This document shows positions 25,248-39,412 of a DNA stretch of 64,000 bases, one piece after another. This DNA comes from Bigelowiella natans CCMP2755. Its lineage: Eukaryota; Protista; Cercozoa. The notes under the pieces were generated by a model that saw only the letters and a list, made by a program, of their open reading frames with translations, was not told the DNA's origin and did not search any database. Both the position numbers and the translations under genes were made by a program. The stretch lies in contig ADNK01002368.1 in assembly GCA_000320545.1 (NCBI GenBank), forward strand, positions 1 to 64,000. Reading direction: 5' to 3'. The number at the start of each line of letters is the position of its first letter. Position 1 is the first letter of the stretch.

Positions 25248-28200
25248 GTTTGACCTTCTCAGTCTTCTTGACGAGATTAAACTCTACGCTGATCTGCCCG
25301 ACTGTCTTATCATACCTAATGAGATATGTAATGATGACGATGATGATGACGACGACGACAGTATAGAGAAGGGCCGAAGAAGAAAGAGAAGGAGAAGGAG
25401 AAGGAGAAGGAAAGAGAAAATAAATAAAAGGACAATGTTGCTAGGCTCTTCTTTATATGCCGGTAGTAGTGGTAGTAGTAGTAGTAGTAGTAGTAGTAGT
25501 TGTAGTTGTAGGTCCATTATTACTCTTGGATGAGTTTGGATGGTTCCCCTTCCACGATTCTTTCAGCGTAGAGCAAACAGCCTGAAAGAAGAGGAAGAAG
25601 AAACTCAATGGATACGTGGAAAAGAACAAGCTTCACCAATTTTCACCATCATTTTCCATGCAGTTGTCGTGTTTATTGTTATCATCGTTGTTGTCGTCCG
25701 TCATCATCGATGCTCGAGAAGTACGTTGTCCAGGGAGATAAGGTGGTATTATTATATAGCATCAAGACACAACTAGTATGTACCAGGGGGAACATTCAGG
25801 GTTTGGATGGAGGGTTCCGTGCCACGATCCTTGAGGGTCTTAGCGCTGTCGTTGATGATCTCGGACTTTGTAGTATCTAGCTTAATCAGCCTCACCGAGG
25901 ACCTACCACCGTTCTCCACTTTCAGCACCTTCTCACAACAACAACAACAACAACAAGAAGAAGAAGAAGAGGAGGAAGAAGAAGAGGAACAAAGACAAAC
26001 CCAACAATTGCATTAATAACATGGCACTGCACATCATTCATTGCGCCACACTTAATACAACATTGCCTCTGTTTTTGTTCAGAGATAGGAATATGAAGCC
26101 CATCTTAGACGCTAACATTGGATATGGTTCCTCAGCTTTAAACATGGATAATTGATTTTTGGGCAATAAGCATTTTTCTCATTCCACCATCTCCCTGCTT
26201 AAGAGGAAGATGCATGCGAAATCAAATAATTACCTTCTCGATCTCCTTGCACACCTCGTCGAATGCAGCTGTTTTGTCAACCTATATATGTAGAAAAATA
26301 CAGAGAAAAAAGAAGAAGAAGAAGTAGAAGATAATCATCATCATATCGTAATGGATAAACAGCAAAGAAAACATGTAGTACACTTTGAAGGGATTCATCA
26401 ATACATAACCATAAGAATATATCCGAATTATATTGTAGCGTCCATCGTCATCGACATTATCATTATCATCTCGCAAACACACCATGAGCGTTGAGACTTT
26501 AAGGCCCTTTGTGTCGGAATAGTGGAGTTGCTGCAAGATCAGCGGTATGTTTTCCTCGGTAGCAAAAATGGTGCGCAGTGGAACAGCATTGGGATTGATT
26601 ACTGGCCAATCTTCCCCTATTGTGTTATATTATTTTTTTTTTTTTTTTTGCTGCAAACAATACATTTTCTTACAATATAGCTAAATTGTAGCCAAAAAAA
26701 AGAAAGAGATATTACGATGAATGCGTTCCATCAGTATGCCATATAATCAAAGCTACCTTTGTTCCTCGTCTCCAGTATCAAGGACATGTTGCGATGAAAC
26801 TTTAACTCTTCAAGAGTTGCCTTTTTCATGGTAGTAGTAGGTGTGTGTGCTACTGCTGGTACGTGGCTAGTTGTAATTACTTTTGTGTGTATAACATACA
26901 TAATTATACTAATATACCTCTTCTTCTTCTTCTTCTTCTTCTTCTTCTTTCTTCTTCTTCTACCTTTGGATCGAGATCATCCTGTGCCCATCCCATTGCT
27001 GGGTCGTATCGTCGTAAGCGTGTGTCTTGCGGCTCAAACTTGGAGTCAATGGCGGCCTTCTTCAGAACTGCAGAGAGCACCTCCGCAACGGTAACCCCTT
27101 AGAAACAAAAGAATGGGATATTAAACCGACATCTGAAAGGTTGACGGCAGGATGGTTGTTGGTGGTAATAATTGCAAAATGAGTGTGGTGCAACACCTTT
27201 GTCCATGTCCTGTTTGATCTCAGTGTTGTCATAGTAAACTGTCATGCAAATGAGTCTACGAAGCCGCTCGTATTCGGCACGCTCTTTCTCCCATTCCTCA
27301 TCCTAGGAGGAGGAAGGTGGGAGACAGGAAAAGAGGTTAGTACGTGGCATACGTTCGTCGTTATATATGATATTAGTGTGGAACATAGTGGTCTACCACC
27401 CACCTCCGCTTGGACAACTTTAAGCAGCTCATCTGGAATCATCTTGTCGGTTGCATCGTCCTTTGGAATCTTGGAACGGTCAATGTACATCAACAGATAT
27501 GCGCTTGTTCCCTGACATATAAGAAGAAAAAGAACAACAACAACGAAAAGAAGAAGAAGAAGAAGAAGAAGAAGAAGAAAGGGGCATCAGTTAGGATGGT
27601 GGTAAGAATAATAACGATGACAGTGCCTCACAAGAAAAATAGTCTCAAAATAGTCTCTCTCCTCCTCCCCCCCCTTCCCCAAAACCCCAAAACTTCATTT
27701 TTGATCATTTACCTTTCCATTGCCGTGTGCCAGCGCAAGGACATCCTCCCCTGAGATGATACACGTCGTGGATATATTAACTAGATCAGTAATGCTTTTG
27801 TCTGCTTTTGGCAAACAATATTTGGAAGAGGAAGAAAATGTAGAAGAAGAAGAAGAAGAAGGGAGATCGTGGAGCTACAAAGGAGCTATATCGCTGTCTC
27901 CTCTTGTTACTGAAGACAATAATAGCAACACCTTCCTTGGCCTCAAGCGGTGAGACCACTGCGTCATTGAAACGGTACCTGTATGGCGAATAAAAAATGC
28001 ACAGAAAAGAATAATTGATGGTTTTGGTGGTGTAAAAGCCTATTGGTTGTGGAGAGAAAAATACAGGAAAAAATGGAGTCAAGCAATTTGGCTTTAGTTC
28101 AATACCATTACTCTACAAAGATTCCATAAATCCTAACACTATCATCATCGTCATCAACATCTTCACACATCCTTCTTCTACATAAAATACTTTCATCATC

Positions 28201-30700
28201 GTGATTATCAGTATGTTATTATTCTCCTTTCGAACATTTTTTAGAGAACAGGTACCATTTATTGTCTTTGAAAGACTTTATGTAGGAGTAATAGTGACCA
28301 CCACGAGCTGTGCCACTGTGTTTTATTGTAGTAAACAAAGTAGATTTGAGTCAATTCCCATTAAATATGAATCCTCCTGATTTGTCATCGGTTGTGTTTT
28401 TGTGAATGTAACAGTACCTGTGCATCATAATCGCAAAGAGATCGTACGGCAGGCCACCCTACGAGAAGATGACGAGAAGAACCAGAACATGAGGGGGGGG
28501 GGGGGGGGGAGAGGAAATGATTAATTCGACCACAAGCCGGTATAACAAAATGATTGGAGTAATCTCATCAGTAAAGGACGGGTATGGCTAAATAAGTGGA
28601 TATATCGTACTACCGTACTACCATTACTACCTCTTTGGTCTCTTCCACATACTTATTCATATCGATGGTTTCTGCCACAGTAACCTTTTGATTGACCTTG
28701 ACTCGCTGCATCAACTGCCAATTCATCTTAAATCGACTGAGAGCGATAGTCAATACAGTTGGTAGTTTTGCCTGTAGTAATGAGTAGAAACCGGTGTTAA
28801 TGAATGGGAAGGGTGGATTGCTATTGTTATATTAAAAGCCAGCATTTAATAATGTGAAACGACCAGGATAATTCTCTTTTCAGCATCGACTTTCTCCTTG
28901 GTCTTAGGATGCCTCCATCTGTGACAAGTATAATCATGATGTAAGTATGTATCAACAACTAGAATGTGCCAATAAGGGGGGGAGGTTAGTCGTAACTAGT
29001 ACATAATCGCAATCGATCTATGTACGCTAGAACAGACCTGTTTCCTTCAATGAGCTTTTCAGGCGCTAGAAACTTCTCAATGCCTTTTTCCACACTGAAA
29101 TAAAGAACATCTTCTATGTGAATGATAACCATGGTGATTTCAACGTGAGCATATTCGTCTTGCATACCAAGATTTTTTCTAAATTAGAATGAAGGGTAAT
29201 TTAATTGAAGAGAACAGGCGTATTCGGAGGTAAAGGGGTATAAATAGAGAGAAAAAGAGAGAGTGGGTGAGTGAGAGAGAGGGAGGTAGAAAGAGGGGGA
29301 GTGTATGCATCTGTGCAACTGATGGATAATATAATGGCAGTGTAGGGCTGATAGAATTACGAGTCGACATCCTCTGAGAGAGCCAGCTGCAGTTGGTCAA
29401 ATTTGCTGTCGATTCTCCTCTCATATCCGTCTAGAAAGTAGAGAAGATTTGCAGTAAGAACCCTCGGCCACAGAGGAATTGTTGATTGATGCTGTTCAAC
29501 TCTTTATTTATTTGAGACGACAAATACGTACTAATACCTGTCAGTGCTTTGAGGGAATCGATAGAAGTGCCCATGTAAAGGGTGTTCGTAAATGAGTTGT
29601 TTGGATCAACATGTAGCGTTTTCTCCAGTGCATCAAACAGGACTTTCATGAGTTCCTAACGATTTCGAAGATTCATGCACATGAGTCAATTTAGTATCAA
29701 GGTGCTGCATTTTGCTGATGTCCTTTACCTGGACGTCGTTCTGCTGAAAAGACTGTGCACGATCCCAGTGGAATGAAATGGTAAGGCCCTGGTATGCAAA
29801 AGTAGGTAGGTAACCATGATGATGAATGACACATGAGCAAACACAAAACAAGGATAGTTTGGTGAAATAGAATAATCTGAGTGAAGATTGGAAGGGCACG
29901 CGATACAGTCGTTGTTGCGTCTACTTTCATGGAAAAACTTATTTTTTTTAATTTATTTATTTTTAAGTACTTAATATAATTGTGGCTGTAGTTATATCTT
30001 CATTACTATCGTGTAATGGAGACATATTGCCACCGTGCATCATCTTCTCTCTATACCTTGGTATTTACAGCTGGTTGTTTGGACTTTGCGAGGCGTGCAA
30101 ACTGTTGAAATATCATTTAAAATAGTAATAAGATACTAAAAAGAAAAATAAGTAGGTGAAACGCTCGTTTTCAGAATAACTGTTTGACCAGAAGTTGGAG
30201 CTGGTAAGGAATGCAAAACTTTGGGTCGCCATCCCTCTCCTTATCGTATCTTGGTTGTCATAATGAATGAAAGTGATGATTGGAAGAATGAGAATAAACA
30301 TATTGAATAGGACAACCGAAACTCAAAGATCGAAGCTCTGAACTGAGGCGTCATATACAAGGCCTGAAGCATGCTGTTAAGGTAGCATGTTGCTCCCTGT
30401 TTTAAATTAGATATATCAATCGCGATGCATCTTAATGCTTCAATATTTAAATACGTCATAAAAACCTGGTTGAACAGCCCCACGAAGCCTGTGTGGCTTT
30501 TCCCACAAAATATGAACTGGAAATAGAGTATTAATAACTTTTAACATTCTGACAATGAAAACTGAGTGCATGGGGTACCTTCCCCCCGCCCCCAATTGGA
30601 CGTTCCTGTGGTTTTTTCGTTTCTTTCGCTTCACTCATAGCGCTTGAAGTTTATTTGTCTGAATTTTATTTGAAGAGTGGACCGACAATAGTTGAGGGCC
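20817..30700 (-). CDS. Ubiquitin carboxyl-terminal hydrolase (USP47/USP40/USP7-type C19 peptidase) with long C-terminal region; start may lie up to about 31440
   Basis: Cys box [48 protein letters not shown], His box HSGTARGGHYYSYIK and RFNDAVVS. Downstream ubiquitin-like segments (TVAEVLS...TRLRRYDP), then EKALKI. The last exon ends GGIKLEF* (TGA 20817-20819). Confidence 0.88.
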
Positions 30701-31653
30701 ATGAAATCCTTGAATTCGCTAGCTTGCAAATGCATATTTGTTGAAGCATCAGAGGAAAACATGTGGGGAGCATGAGGGAGATGCATGAGGAAACATATAT
30801 TATAGTAATTCAATATACAAAGTAATTGGCTATGTAAGAAATTATTCTTCTCAATTGGTTTCGCTGAGGTGTGAAGGGGGGGGGGGGCGGGGGATCTAGA
30901 GTCTACGTGTAAAAGATTCCACCTTTCTGAGAATCTTCGCCCACCCGCGAAGCTATTCGGTGCAAGTGTTGTTCAGCAACTCACAATACAATTCCAGGTA
31001 CTTATTTAGCTACGACATCCACATGAGATAGACGTACAACAAAATAGAACTTTTGTGAGATTTTTTCTTCGTTTATGTCTGTACAATCCCGAATTCGGAA
31101 GTCGCATGGTTTCAAATGATGCCTCTTGCAATCTGATTTGCTGTTGTAACGATCGATCCTCAAAAATGATCATTGAGTGCTATTATTTAGCGAATTCGAA
31201 CTTGCGACAAGCTAATGTGCGCTCTCAAAATTGCAAAATGCACATTTCACAGCTGCATCACTAGAGAAATGCAGGGAACTTTTGTGATTGTAGAGGAATA
31301 CGGGAGCGACGCGGTCCACGAGCAACTCGTAGTGAAAGTTTGATTAAAATAACATGAATATGAAGCTAGAGACATCCAATTATATATGTCGCTGCTACAA
31401 TACAAATCCACGGATTTCTTCTCGGAAATCAGTGTCAAATTCTCGATATGGATTTCCAGTAATCACGGGACTTTCCAAAAGAAAATTGATAAAGTATATC
31501 ATACTTTAGAAGAGACATAGAGATAAAGAACAAATGACTGAATATTAGAGCCTATGATCAGCGTGGCCCGAAGAATTTGAATCTGCATTTCCAGAGAGAT
31601 CCTAATCGACGTCGCCCCCCCCTCAGTCCGTGCCTTATTTTCTGATTAAGGCA

Positions 31654-34295
31654 TGATTGTCTATTTCGCATATGCTACCGCCGCCCTTGTGCTGGCTTTT
31701 GCGGCATACATTATCTTGGTAAGAACACACAAAGTTTCCATTTGTTTCTACCCCATTAAGTGACCATGGCCTGAGAGCAAAATAGTTTCTCGATGATCCG
31801 TAATTTGAGTGAAAGCTGCGTTTATTTCGTCCGGAAAGTGGTTAGAAGGATTCCGTAGTAAGATATATGCAGACACATAACTATTGCAGATAAATCCAAA
31901 GTCATCAAATTATTATTCCATTGAGAAGTCCTTTGTGGTCGCCTCCCTTAGAGCGCCTCCAGTCCGGTGAGGACGAAGGAAGGGAAGTCTCTTGCTCTTC
32001 CACCGGTGCGAAAAAATGCATTTACACATAGTTCTATCATTTATTATGAAAATCCAAGATATTGCGCGATAACTGATATTCTACCTACGAGATATCATGG
32101 TGAGAAATGCTTACAATATCAGGTTTTTTCTCCTAGCATTCCACTAATTGGAGGCCTTGTTGAGTTCATGAAGCACCCGCTTGAGGCTGTACGCAAGGGC
32201 TACAAAAAGCATGGAGACATCTTCACTATTTCAATGTTAGGGAAACGCCTAACCTTTCTCGTTGGGCCGAAAGGTGGAAAATTAACTCTTACAGATATTT
32301 GTACATACACACATATGCGCACATGTATGTAGAAAAATAAATATTTGTATACATCGTGTTGATTCATCTGAATCACTGTGTATTTTCGCTGTTGCATATA
32401 CCTGCTTACGTGTCTTGCAGCTGGGGAGGTGTTTTTCTCCGCAACAGATGCCGAGCTGGGTCAAGAGGAAGTCTACAAATTTATGACAGCGGTCGGTTGC
32501 TGTCCTGGGCAGAATTTGTTATATTTTATGTGCGATGCTCTTTATGGTTAATAATTAGTCACATATGTGGATCCCTTGCTATCACTGCTTTTGCCTGATA
32601 AAGATATATCGTAATAATGTGAGCAGGTTTTTGGAAAAGGCGTTGTCTATGACTGCCCAGCTAACATAAGGTGATCATTTCGTTGTAGTATACACCACAA
32701 CCTTCTATATAATGAACACGAATCTAATAATACAGTCTTTATGGCTCGTTTCTTGCCCTCTTTGTCATTCCCGTCTTATTAATCTCCTTTTTACGACATG
32801 CATCTTCGATTTCGTGTTCTTGATTGTCGCAACTTCAGATCTCAACAATTCAAGTTTCTTGGCAAGGGCCTCAAAACTGAGCGGTAGGGGGGGAGACTGA
32901 AAGAGAGTGGACAACACGAACCTGCATTCAAAGACACACGCATTAACATGTTTATATGCCGAGGTTGAAGGATGGATTTGTAGTTCATTTGCATTGTAAA
33001 TTCTGACAAAAGATCATATAGTCGATTCTTGTTTTTGGCCCCCGTCCTTGCTTAGTCTAAAGTCATACGTGCCATTGATCATGGAGGAATGCAAGAAGTA
33101 TTTAGATGAAAAGCTAACCGGGGAGGTAATACTAGTATTAGCACCACCTATATTAGCACCACCTATATATATCATTTCTCGTCGTTAAGGGCAAATGTTT
33201 GGCTGCATATATCAGTTCTCTCTTCATTATGACCAAAGTCTTATGCTGTTTGATTCTCATTCTCCCTTCTCCTCACAATCCCCCCTCTTTCCAGAGCGGA
33301 GAGATCGACATTTTGGACACAATGAGCGAGATGCTAATTCTGACGTAATTGAATTGATTGTTGCCAGCATCCATTCATTGATTTACAATGTTTCGGAGCA
33401 TTTTACTTACCTACCCGCGGTAGCTACTTTCCCATCTCCTCCTCTCCTCCACCCCATATTTCTGATGCCTTCTCTCCCTTTCTACGTTCCTTGTTGTAGC
33501 TCATCCCGTTGCTTGATGGGAGAAGAAGTGCGGAAAAACCTATTTGGCCAGGTGCTACACCACATGAATCAATTCCCTTCTTATTAAGATCATTGAGACA
33601 GCAGCTGTGACCAATCACGCTGATGTGATGATGAAGATGATGACGATGATGATGATGACGATGATGCTGGTCCTGATATACTCGCGTCTTTTTGTTGATC
33701 TTTAAAAGGTTGCAGCACTGTACCACGACCTCGATCAAGGTAGTCGAAAAGTAGTAACAGTAGTGAAGAGATTCACCGCCGAGTGTCAAGAAGGAAGAGG
33801 AGGAAGAGGATAGCTACTTTCGGGGATGATGGAAGAGAAACGATGTATATATGAGGGCGGGGAGGAAGGAAAGAGAGCGATAGAGAGAGAGAGAAGGAAC
33901 AGAAGGACAAAGATGAAGAAAAGGACTAGCACTCGGATCAAACAGCAATCCCTCCTAACGAATATCATGATGCTATGTTGTAAGGCATCACCCCATTGTC
34001 TGTCTTCTTCCCAAATCTTCCTACACCTGCACACCGACGACGTGATATTGCTCGAGCCGAGATGGTCAAGCTCTTTGGCAAGGTCATAAGTCTACAATCT
34101 CGATTATCTTTGCTGCTTTTGACAACCAAACGCATGAAAGAGAGCAAAGAAGAATATTATGACTAACACAAACTGCTTTTGTTGTGTAATAAATTCAATC
34201 TTAGGTTATTCGTGAAAGACGCAGTAGGAAGGATATCGATACTTCAGATATGCTTGGGTGCTGTTAAGATAAACACTCCCGTTTGACTCCCTCTT

Positions 34296-34337
<42 letters not shown>

Positions 34338-34546
34338 AATGGCCATGGAAGCACATAAGTACTTTCTCGAGGGAGATTGGATGATTGGGTAGAGGTGGGA
34401 GGAAATGGGAAATATGTTCTCTGTTCAGTATTGATGATAATAAATTCGTCGTCTTTGTTGAAGGTATCTTTGCACTGTGCGCTACAAGCCAGCTAAGGGT
34501 AATAATCATATTGCAAAATAGATTTGAGAACATAGTGTTAATGAGT

Positions 34547-34583
<37 letters not shown>

Positions 34584-35298
34584 ATGTAGAGCAAGTATGA
34601 ACCACTTATTAAGTTATAAATCGTCGTTATTCAGGCGAGAAGGAGGGCCGTCTCCTCACTGTTGATGAGATCACGGGGTGAGTAGTAAGTGGTAATGATG
34701 GTGGTGGTGATGGTGGTGCGGTATCTAACGATGAATGGAGAAGAATAATGATGATATGTAAATCTAATAACGTTTTATGTCACCACATTGGTCGCAATCA
34801 TCATCATCATCATCATCATCATCAGATTTCTCATCGGCCTGCTTTCGCTGGGCAACACACCTCTTCAGTAACCTCCACGTGGTCGGTGTTGTAATAACCC
34901 AGATAAAGGGTGGGGGGGGGGGGGGTAGTGTACTAATGGGAAGACACGAAAATTGTTAAGACGACAACAACGTATGAAACATCGCCAAGCTCCTCACTGT
35001 CCATGCTAAAATACTAGCTGTTGTTGCTTCTCCTGTTGGTGCTGTCACTGCTAAAGCATCATCATCATCATCATCATCATCATCGTCATCACCACCACCA
35101 CCATCCTATCCTATCTACCTTCTTATCATACCCTCGACCGACAATCCCCTACCCTCCAGGTCGATCTTGTACATGATGCATACCAAATCTAGAGGCTATT
35201 ATGACAGAATGTGCAAAGAGCTGGCGGATTTCGGCGACAAGAAGAAGGTGAGATTTTTTTTCAGATATAATATAAATATATATATATATATATATATA

Positions 35299-35338
<40 letters not shown>

Positions 35339-36219
35339 ATGTTAATGTAATAGATATTATGGTCATCATATTATAAAACGATCGAGTACAAGGACTTTCT
35401 TCTTCCCCCGTCCCCCCATTGTTTCTATTGCAGTCTTTCCTCCTCCTCCTCCCCCGCCTCATCATCATCCTCCTCTTCCTTGTCCCAATAATCCGTCCTT
35501 TATTCGTCGGTCTCTCTGTGGTTCCTCTTTTCTTCTCCTTCTTCTTCTTTACAGGGGGGTACTGTGGAGGTTGATTACGAGGATACAACGAAGATGAAGT
35601 ATTCACATTCAAATAGAAATAGTGTGTGTGTGTGTGTGTGGGAGAGAGAGAGAGAGAATGAAGAGTAAAAAGTAGGGCGGGTTTGGGTCGTCGTTTTACA
35701 ATCGCCAACAGTAATAACAACAATCATCATCATCATCATGATCATCTCTCTCTACTACCAATCCAGATTCACAGAAGCTTGCATCCAAGAGGGCCTACGC
35801 ATGTACCCCCCCCTTATTCTACTTATGCGCATGGCACGGAAGGTAGCAAAGCTGGTATGGTAGAGGGGGTGTTGATTCAAGAAGGGATTGGAGTTTAGCT
35901 TATCGATTTCTTCGAGCTTCTTTTCATATCTCACTACAGCAGTGAACTTAGATAGATTGTAGGCGACTATTGTCTATCATCATCATTATCATTTTAGAAT
36001 TATTGGAAGAACGAATTACACACGCACACACACACACACACACATACAGGGGCGTGAATACGGCAAATACGGGATACCGAAGGGAGACATCGTTGTTACG
36101 TCCCCCGCAGCATCTATGCGCCTTAACAACATCTTCAAGGTTCTACTCACCACAAGGGCGGGGGGCTGATGCAAGAATGATCTACTTGAGGCAGAAAAAA
36201 CAAATATTATTTCAGGGAG

Positions 36220-36271
<52 letters not shown>

Positions 36272-36728
36272 GGAGATGAATGTTATCTATGTCGAGCCAC
36301 CAGATCACCATCATCGTCAGTTTTTTAGATCTAATTTTTGCAATGATTTTGTCCTTCCCGCGCTGTTTGTTTCTGTTCTTTTTCCTCCCCCTCCTCATCT
36401 TGCTTCTTCGTTGCATCGTCGTCTTACTACCCAGGGCGCTGATTCTTACAACCCTGAGCGATGGTTCGCTGCTAAGGTAACAATCAAGTAGAAACGTACG
36501 ATTCATATTGAGGGGGGGGGGGATTAAGGGAGGATCGAGCACATGCAAAATGATTCATCTCACCGCCACTAACATTGAATAATATACTACTACAGGACCT
36601 TCCTAGATACTCTTTCATTGGATTTGGTGGTGGTCGCCACGCATGTTTGGGCGGAGCTTTCGCGTAATCACACACACACACACAATATATAGATATTAAA
36701 AAATCTATATTTATCAATTCATTCATTC

Positions 36729-36774
<46 letters not shown>

Positions 36775-37387
36775 TACAAAAGCTGCATGATATGATAGAT
36801 AAGTAGTGTTTGATTCCTTGAATGTAATGAAATGAAAAGTAAGAGCAGTTATCATCTCGCTCCACACACACAGTTGATTCATGCTCTCATCCCCATTCTT
36901 GCCCCCTTCCTCAATGCGGCTAATCAGATACCTGCAAATGAAATGCATTTTCACTGTACTCTTCAACACCTATGACCTCGAAGCTGTTTCCGACAAAATG
37001 CCACTGCCCAACTACGCAGCGATGGTAGCAAAATAAGAGAGAGGAGTATGTAGTAGCCTGATCTTGCAAATACAAGCACGCACGCACTCATGTATTCAGA
37101 CCGCTATCTATCACGACGACTTCGGGATCATCTTGTGCATCTTTATCATGTTTATTATGCAGTAGGAAGCAGGAATAATTCGTATCGTATGCTGTACGAC
37201 TACTACTACTACTACTTTACTACGCATCATCATCAGCATCATCATCATCATGATCATCATCATCATCAGGTGGTGGGACCTCACCATGGAAAAGAAACAC
37301 GTGTGCGCTACCGTCGAAAGAGCCCTCAAGACATCCAAAAGTCTCTTGACCTCAAAATACCCGAGATCCGGACGGAGAGGTGAAGAC

Positions 37388-37425
<38 letters not shown>

Positions 37426-37775
37426 GACAATGAATGATAGCGAGGAGGGACGTGGGAGGGGGGGGAGGATAGAAAAACTGGCCACAAGCACTTGGCAGGA
37501 TAACCACATGTGAAAGAAGACCAAAACAACTCCATCTGACCCACTCTGTTCCCATTGGAATATTACCAGCAAAATAAGCAATGATTGTAGTTGTGTTTAT
37601 CAATATGTTAATACATGTACCGAGCAGCTCAAAACTGCTGCCCCCCGATGACAAGAAGGCAGAGGAATTCACGTTAGAAGAGGTGGTGTCGACTATATGG
37701 ACCCTGCCCCGCCCTCATGTCCCTTCTCTTCCTTTCTATCAAGAACGTGGTTCCACCTCCTACAGATATGATATA

Positions 37776-37817
<42 letters not shown>

Positions 37818-37926
37818 TTCAGGTGAAAAAGCACAACACGGAGAAGGATCTTTGGGTTGTGGTAGATGACCTTGTCTTCGATATCAGCGAATATGTTCCG
37901 CAGCACCCTGGGTACTTCTTCTTCTT

Positions 37927-37957
<31 letters not shown>

Positions 37958-37961
37958 CCGT

Positions 37962-38031
<70 letters not shown>

Positions 38032-38517
38032 GTAGAAGTGCCACTACCTAGAAAGTAACAATTAACTTAGTAAGAGAACAATGATGCGTTATATATAAGC
38101 TGCTGTGTTCTCGTCCCGTATCTTTCCTTCATTGCGAACTATGGCTACCTGTGTTTGCTGCTTGTGTACCACTTGGCTTATTATTCATACACACACTCTA
38201 CCCCTACCCCTCCCCCTCCCCCTCCTACAGAGGACTCAAGATCCTCAACAACGCTGGTGGAGACTCAACAAAAGGCTTCAAAGGTGATGATAACGGTGGT
38301 AGTGTGGGTAGCGTGTGCGCGCGTGCGTGTGTGCGTGCGTGCGCGCGCGTGTGTGTGTGTGTGTGTGTCGCGACGATCGTGTGAACAGAATTACTCGCTA
38401 TTCTTGTTGCTAATGATTTCTTTTGAATCCTTGCCACTCCCAACAGGCCCTCAGCACCCGGCACATGTGATGAACACTATTATGGAATTTTACAAGGGAA
38501 AACTCAAGAAAGAATAA
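31654..38517 (+). CDS. CYP51: Sterol 14-alpha-demethylase (CYP51) with a C-terminally fused cytochrome b5 domain
   Basis: N-terminal anchor MIVYFAYATAALVLAFAAYIIL, then IPLIGGL..., EEVYKFMTAVFGKGVVYD, I-helix ALFAGQHTSSVT, EXXR (QEGLRMYPP), PERW and heme motif FIGFGGGRHACLG, with CYP51 end VVGP...RVRYRRK. A phase-compatible intron at 37380-37627 leads into FTLEEVKKHNTEKDLWVVVDDLVFDISEYVPQHPGGLKILNNAGGDSTKGFKGPQHP...EFYKGKL. CYP51 identity is high confidence; the fusion is somewhat lower. Confidence 0.88.
37628..38517 (+). other. Cytochrome b5-like heme-binding domain exons (3' part of the CYP51 gene model)
   Basis: Four exons with consistent phases. Both axial His motifs are present (HPGG and QHP), and there is no C-terminal membrane anchor. 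Confidence 0.92.
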
Positions 38518-39412
38518 GCGTATCATCATCATCCAAGAAAAATCTTGGTCGAGATTGCAACCGTTTGTGGCGCGAGTGCCTAATCATCAGTTGAATCTTG
38601 TCATGTGCTGCTTACGGGTCCTATGATATGTCCTCGATCACTGTGCAATGCATGCGCACAATGTCTACGTCATAAACCTCACGTAGTAGTTCCTGCAAAA
38701 TATGTGCATATCTTCTGTGGCGCTAATTGTTCGCGATCGAATGACTCTAGGACTAGCAGACGGCTCGCAATGCATGTGCGGCTAATACGAGCTTGTCGGG
38801 CTAAAAAATTAAGGCTTAAATGTATAGCGCCGACCTGCTGAAAATGCATCAGCTTTTTAATTCTGGCTGCTTGAGCGGTGCGATGCTTAATTTTCATAGT
38901 TGTTTAATTGCTGCCTTGCTAGCTTGTGCGCGCTGTAGACGTATACACCGCAAAATTCGAAGTTAGACACGCCTTGTTAGGACATGTATGTCATCACATA
39001 CACGCCTTTGCTGGTATAAACCATGATATGTATTTTGAAAAAAATTAAAATTATAAAACCAGTCTCACATATTTGTTATGCGGCAATTATCGAGACATAT
39101 GTGTGGCGATAGGGAAAATGCGCCTATTCGATCAGAATGCCGGCAAAATAAATAGCGGATACTGATTGTGTTTCTCATCGTGTTTCTCTTATGTTCGTGC
39201 ATATCACATGTAAACATACAGCAAGCCATGGGATAGCATGCTGCAACGTGCACATTGTTGTTTATATGCAGCACTTTTTGAATGAGTAACATGGTATCGT
39301 ATGGCACATCTCAGTCCGTTGTCGCTCATTATACAAATTTTGGTATTGGCAATTTCATCATATAATTAATTTTGTGTGTCATTAATCATTATTATCAGGC
39401 TACACATCATTC

